64,000 nt of DNA from an uncultured archaeon (lineage in GTDB: Archaea; Thermoplasmatota; Thermoplasmata; Thermoplasmatales; Thermoplasmataceae), in contig CP009479.1 in NCBI GenBank assembly GCA_000965745.1, positions 704,001-768,000 of the forward strand, written 5' to 3'. The notes beneath the pieces were generated by a model. The model had not been told where the DNA came from. It did not search any database and saw nothing but the letters and a program-made list of their open reading frames with translations. Each line of letters starts with the position of its first letter. Positions within the stretch are counted from its first letter, which is position 1. Positions 60,682 to 64,000 of this stretch are shown one piece after another. The position numbers were made by a program, and so were the translations under genes.

Positions 60682-61650
60682 ATGGAAGAAGTTGTAAGTG
60701 AAGAAGAACCCCCCGGCGGTACGCCTTTTTTCAAGGCTACCAGGCTAGGAAAACAGCTCAATTTGGACAATCTTTTTGTAAAATTCGAGGGAGCTAACAC
60801 AACTGGAACACAGAAAGACAGGATTTCACGGCTTCATGTAAGGAATGCCATAGAAGGGGGTTTTGATACCGTCTCGGTTGCGACGTGCGGCAATTATGGG
60901 GCATCAATATCTCACTACGCTAGCTTGAATGGTGTCAGGAGTGTAGTGGGTATACCTGAAGGATATTCTAACTCAAGGCTGGATGAGATCAGGCGGAATG
61001 GCTCAGAGATTCTGACGATACCGGGCAGATACGAAGAGGCCGTTGAATACATGTCCCGGTTGGCAGGAGCTGAAGCTTGGTACGACTCCAATCCCGGATC
61101 TCCAAACGCGTCGGCTGATATTTCCGGTTACGAGACAATCGCCTATGAGATCGTGGAGCAGCTCGGCCACCCGCCTGAATTTGTGGCTGTACCCGTGGGA
61201 AACGGCACCACATTGTCTGGAATATTCTCAGGTTTCAGGCGCATGAAGCGTGACGGTGCAATAAGCGATTTGCCCAGAATGGTGGCATCAAGCACGTCCA
61301 ACGGAAATCCTGTAGTTGATTCATGGAACCGGGGTTCCAGAAAGGTTATTGATCTCAACCCGGAAACTATTCATGAGACCGCTGTAAATGAGCCACTGAT
61401 TGCATACAGGGCAATAGACGGGCAGAATGCGCTTGATGCCATATATGAAAGCAGGGGAATGGCCTTTTATGTGAGTGATTTTGACATGGTGCGTTATTCA
61501 AGAATAGCAGAAGATCTCGAAAGCCTGTCAGTTCTTCCAGCCTCTGCATCAACAATTGCGGCAGCCCACAGCAGGCTGGGAAATTGCTGCAGAGGAAGCG
61601 AGATCGTGGTTGTACTCACCGGGAGGAATCAGATATGGACAACGCGGTAG
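60682..61650 (+). CDS. PLP-dependent fold type II enzyme (threonine-synthase-like)
   Basis: KFEGANTTGTQKDR, TCGNYG and PVGNGT motifs. Confidence 0.87.
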   Translation: MEEVVSEEEPPGGTPFFKATRLGKQLNLDNLFVKFEGANTTGTQKDRISRLHVRNAIEGGFDTVSVATCGNYGASISHYASLNGVRSVVGIPEGYSNSRLDEIRRNGSEILTIPGRYEEAVEYMSRLAGAEAWYDSNPGSPNASADISGYETIAYEIVEQLGHPPEFVAVPVGNGTTLSGIFSGFRRMKRDGAISDLPRMVASSTSNGNPVVDSWNRGSRKVIDLNPETIHETAVNEPLIAYRAIDGQNALDAIYESRGMAFYVSDFDMVRYSRIAEDLESLSVLPASASTIAAAHSRLGNCCRGSEIVVVLTGRNQIWTTR

Positions 61651-62669
61651 TTCTAGCAGAAGGAGTATTTGGAACAACTTATGGAAAGACTGCCAACGGG
61701 CTCGTCAGATACAGCACAAGATTCCGGATCAAAGCGGTCATAGATTCAAGATTTGAAGGGAAGGATGCGGGAATGATCCTGTCCGGAAAAACAAGTGGGA
61801 TTCCAGTGGTATCTGGAGTTGAACAGGGGCTGTTGCTCGGTGCGGACACGCTTGTCATAGGTGTGGCCACGGATGGGGGTTTCATCCCGGAAACTTACAG
61901 GCAGTTTATCTCCGATGCCCTCAAGAGAGGTATGAATGTTGTCAGCGGCCTTCACGAGTTCATAGGGGATGATCAGGAATTTTCAGAGCTGGCTTTAAGC
62001 TCCGGCTCAAGAATCACAGACGTAAGGAGGTTGTTCAGGGACCTGAAGATACCTTTTACAGGAAAGATCGAGGAGGTCAGGGCCAAGAAAATTGCTATTC
62101 TTGGAACAGACAGTGCCATAGGCAAGAGGACGACCTCTGTTTTTCTCACGAGGGAGATGAACATGGCAGGACACAAATCTGTTATGGTTGGGACAGGCCA
62201 GACTTCATGGATGCAGGGATTCAAGTATACCGTGGTAGTCGATTCAATGATCAATGACTTCGTTCCGGGGGCTCTGGAAGAAATCACTTACCAAGCGTGG
62301 GTTAACGAGAAGCCTGAGTACATATTCATCGAGGGGCAGGGTTCAGTTCTTCATCCTGCGTATCCGGGCAGCTTCGAGATAATCGGGGCTTGCAGGCCGG
62401 ACGGGATAATCCTTCAGCATGCCCCCGCAAGGAAATACTTCGACGGTTTTGGAAAATACAGGATACCCGATTTAGGAAAGTACGTCAGAATACTGGAAGA
62501 GCTCTCGGACAGGCGGGTCATTGCTATTGCGCTCAATACTGAGAACATGACGCGGCATGAAGTCATCAAGGAGAGAAATGCTCTTGAAAGAAGGTTCGGC
62601 ATTCCAGTGTTTGACCCTCTTGGGAAACTCCTGAACGTTACCAGGGAAATCTCAGTAATGAACCTGTGA
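61635..62669 (+). CDS. DUF1611-family P-loop protein
   Basis: GKTANGL, VSGLH, GTDSAIGKRTT and IEGQGS motifs; GGAGG RBS before the ATG at 61635. Confidence 0.87.
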   Translation: MDNAVVLAEGVFGTTYGKTANGLVRYSTRFRIKAVIDSRFEGKDAGMILSGKTSGIPVVSGVEQGLLLGADTLVIGVATDGGFIPETYRQFISDALKRGMNVVSGLHEFIGDDQEFSELALSSGSRITDVRRLFRDLKIPFTGKIEEVRAKKIAILGTDSAIGKRTTSVFLTREMNMAGHKSVMVGTGQTSWMQGFKYTVVVDSMINDFVPGALEEITYQAWVNEKPEYIFIEGQGSVLHPAYPGSFEIIGACRPDGIILQHAPARKYFDGFGKYRIPDLGKYVRILEELSDRRVIAIALNTENMTRHEVIKERNALERRFGIPVFDPLGKLLNVTREISVMNL

Positions 62670-64000
62670 TTATCTTGAAAAACACATACATGAGCAGAGT
62701 TGCCGCATTCAGATCATTCTCGGTTGGAGACATACGGATAAGGAAAAAGCAGATATCGGGCAGAGTTTCTATATCCCACAAGGACGGGATGGAAGAGAAT
62801 TTCAGGCTCATTTTCTCGTATTCCGAGGAAATAGAGGCAGACCTCAACACAGCGGGACTGATGCTTACAATGCCCCTGATCAATTTTACATATTTTTCTG
62901 AGAAACTGATCCTTGATTATCCGGTATCTGGACAGGACAGAATACTACTGGAAAAATTTCTGAAGATCAATGCCAGGGAAGTGTTTGTAAACAAGATATG
63001 CAGGAGAAGATACGAATTCTTCCTTCAGGAGGCAATTCCTTCCAAAAAGGAAATAACCGAAGAAAATGCTGACGGCAGGACTGAGCTGGTCACCACTTCA
63101 ACGTTCGAAGACACTTGTGCTGTAATATCGCATTCGAGCTCTGCGCTCATACTATCTTCAGGCGGAAAAGAGAGCCTCCTGACATTTGGAATGATGAAGG
63201 ATCTGAATCCCAGGACGCATGCATATTTCTTCAACGAATCCGGAGGGCACTGGAGAGCGGCAAAGACTTCGTATGACTATTTCAGGGCAAATTATAAGGG
63301 CGTTTCGAAGGTCTGGTCAAATGTAGACAGGTTCTACAGATTCATGCTGGAGAGGCTGCCTGTTCTGAACATGGAGACTGTGAAAAAAAGGGCCGACACC
63401 TACCCGGTGCAGCTTTTCATCTTTCCGGTATACATATTTGCTGCAATTCCTCTTGTCAGAAAGCACAATATTGGAAATATCCTGATGGGGAACGAGTTTG
63501 ACGATCCCAAGGACATGCCTTTGTACAGGGGAATCAGGCATTATTTCGGTGTGTTTGACCAGAGCAGCGACTTCATGGAGATGATGACCGGGTATTTCCA
63601 GGGAAAAGGAATATCCACAAGGTTATGGTCCGCTGTGTATCCCATATCGGGAACAGTGGTCGAGGACATACTTGTGAAAAGGTACCGGAACCTCTTCCTA
63701 CAGCAAAGATCCTGCCACTCGTGCAGGTACGAGGAAGGGGCAATAAGGCCATGCGGCTCCTGCACAAAATGCCTCGGAGTGGCAATGTTCGTACTTGCAG
63801 CTGGCGGCAGTCCGGAGGAAATTCTGTATGACAGAACCTCAATCTCTGACCTTGAAAGGAACGTGAACGAGTCGAGGATGAGGCTGGATCCGGATGAACT
63901 CAGTTACCTGAAGAACGTTCTCTGGGGACACCCTGATAAGGGAAATGCAGATCACGTCCGGGGCATTCATATTCTTCCCGGTGAGTCGGAACCTTTGCTC
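62666..64000 (+). CDS. PP-loop (adenine nucleotide alpha-hydrolase) protein, MurL/QueC-like; runs off the window
   Basis: Open frame from GTG 62666 / ATG 62690; SSGGKES, MGNE and SCHSC...PCGSCTKC motifs. Confidence 0.8.
   Translation, partial: MIILKNTYMSRVAAFRSFSVGDIRIRKKQISGRVSISHKDGMEENFRLIFSYSEEIEADLNTAGLMLTMPLINFTYFSEKLILDYPVSGQDRILLEKFLKINAREVFVNKICRRRYEFFLQEAIPSKKEITEENADGRTELVTTSTFEDTCAVISHSSSALILSSGGKESLLTFGMMKDLNPRTHAYFFNESGGHWRAAKTSYDYFRANYKGVSKVWSNVDRFYRFMLERLPVLNMETVKKRADTYPVQLFIFPVYIFAAIPLVRKHNIGNILMGNEFDDPKDMPLYRGIRHYFGVFDQSSDFMEMMTGYFQGKGISTRLWSAVYPISGTVVEDILVKRYRNLFLQQRSCHSCRYEEGAIRPCGSCTKCLGVAMFVLAAGGSPEEILYDRTSISDLERNVNESRMRLDPDELSYLKNVLWGHPDKGNADHVRGIHILPGESEPLL

Noticed and set aside
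47611-64000. Many short antisense ORFs in the track
   Set aside because: They are shadows of well-supported genes on the opposite strand or in other frames.

Overview
Archaeal genomic DNA, most likely Thermoplasmatales, judged from gene style, GGTGA ribosome-binding sites, TATA promoters, a C/D box sRNA and an archaeal D-aminoacyl-tRNA deacylase. The window has two parts. (1) 1-45.5 kb is an AT-richer accessory island ending at a tyrosine integrase that overlaps tRNA-Pro(TGG). It holds a large surface-glycan locus: GT2/GT4 glycosyltransferases, three GT-C-like membrane proteins, a flippase, a nucleotidyltransferase, an FkbM methyltransferase, a CysD-like plus sulfatase-fold pair and a secreted glycoside hydrolase. 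Nine IS copies or remnants interrupt it (IS630 x3, IS3 x2, IS5, IS256, IS21, IS481). It also carries a group II intron with non-canonical signatures inserted in the ribosome-binding site of an IS3 element, an HTH/coiled-coil module preceded by 12-bp periodic repeats, and a wHTH + ABC-ATPase + nuclease-like operon next to the integrase. (2) 45.5-64 kb is core genome: a deaminase, a C/D box sRNA, an NRAMP transporter with a DtxR-type box, a RAD55/KaiC-like ATPase, a sugar-acid dehydratase, acnA, a wHTH-TPR protein facing an unannotated 30-aa double-glycine peptide gene, glnA, valS, a ferritin-like protein, dtdA, and a PLP enzyme/DUF1611/MurL-like PP-loop operon. Best candidates for new biology: the TPR regulator + small peptide pair, the atypical intron-in-IS, and the ATPase-nuclease operon. 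All calls are by eye; no database searches were run.
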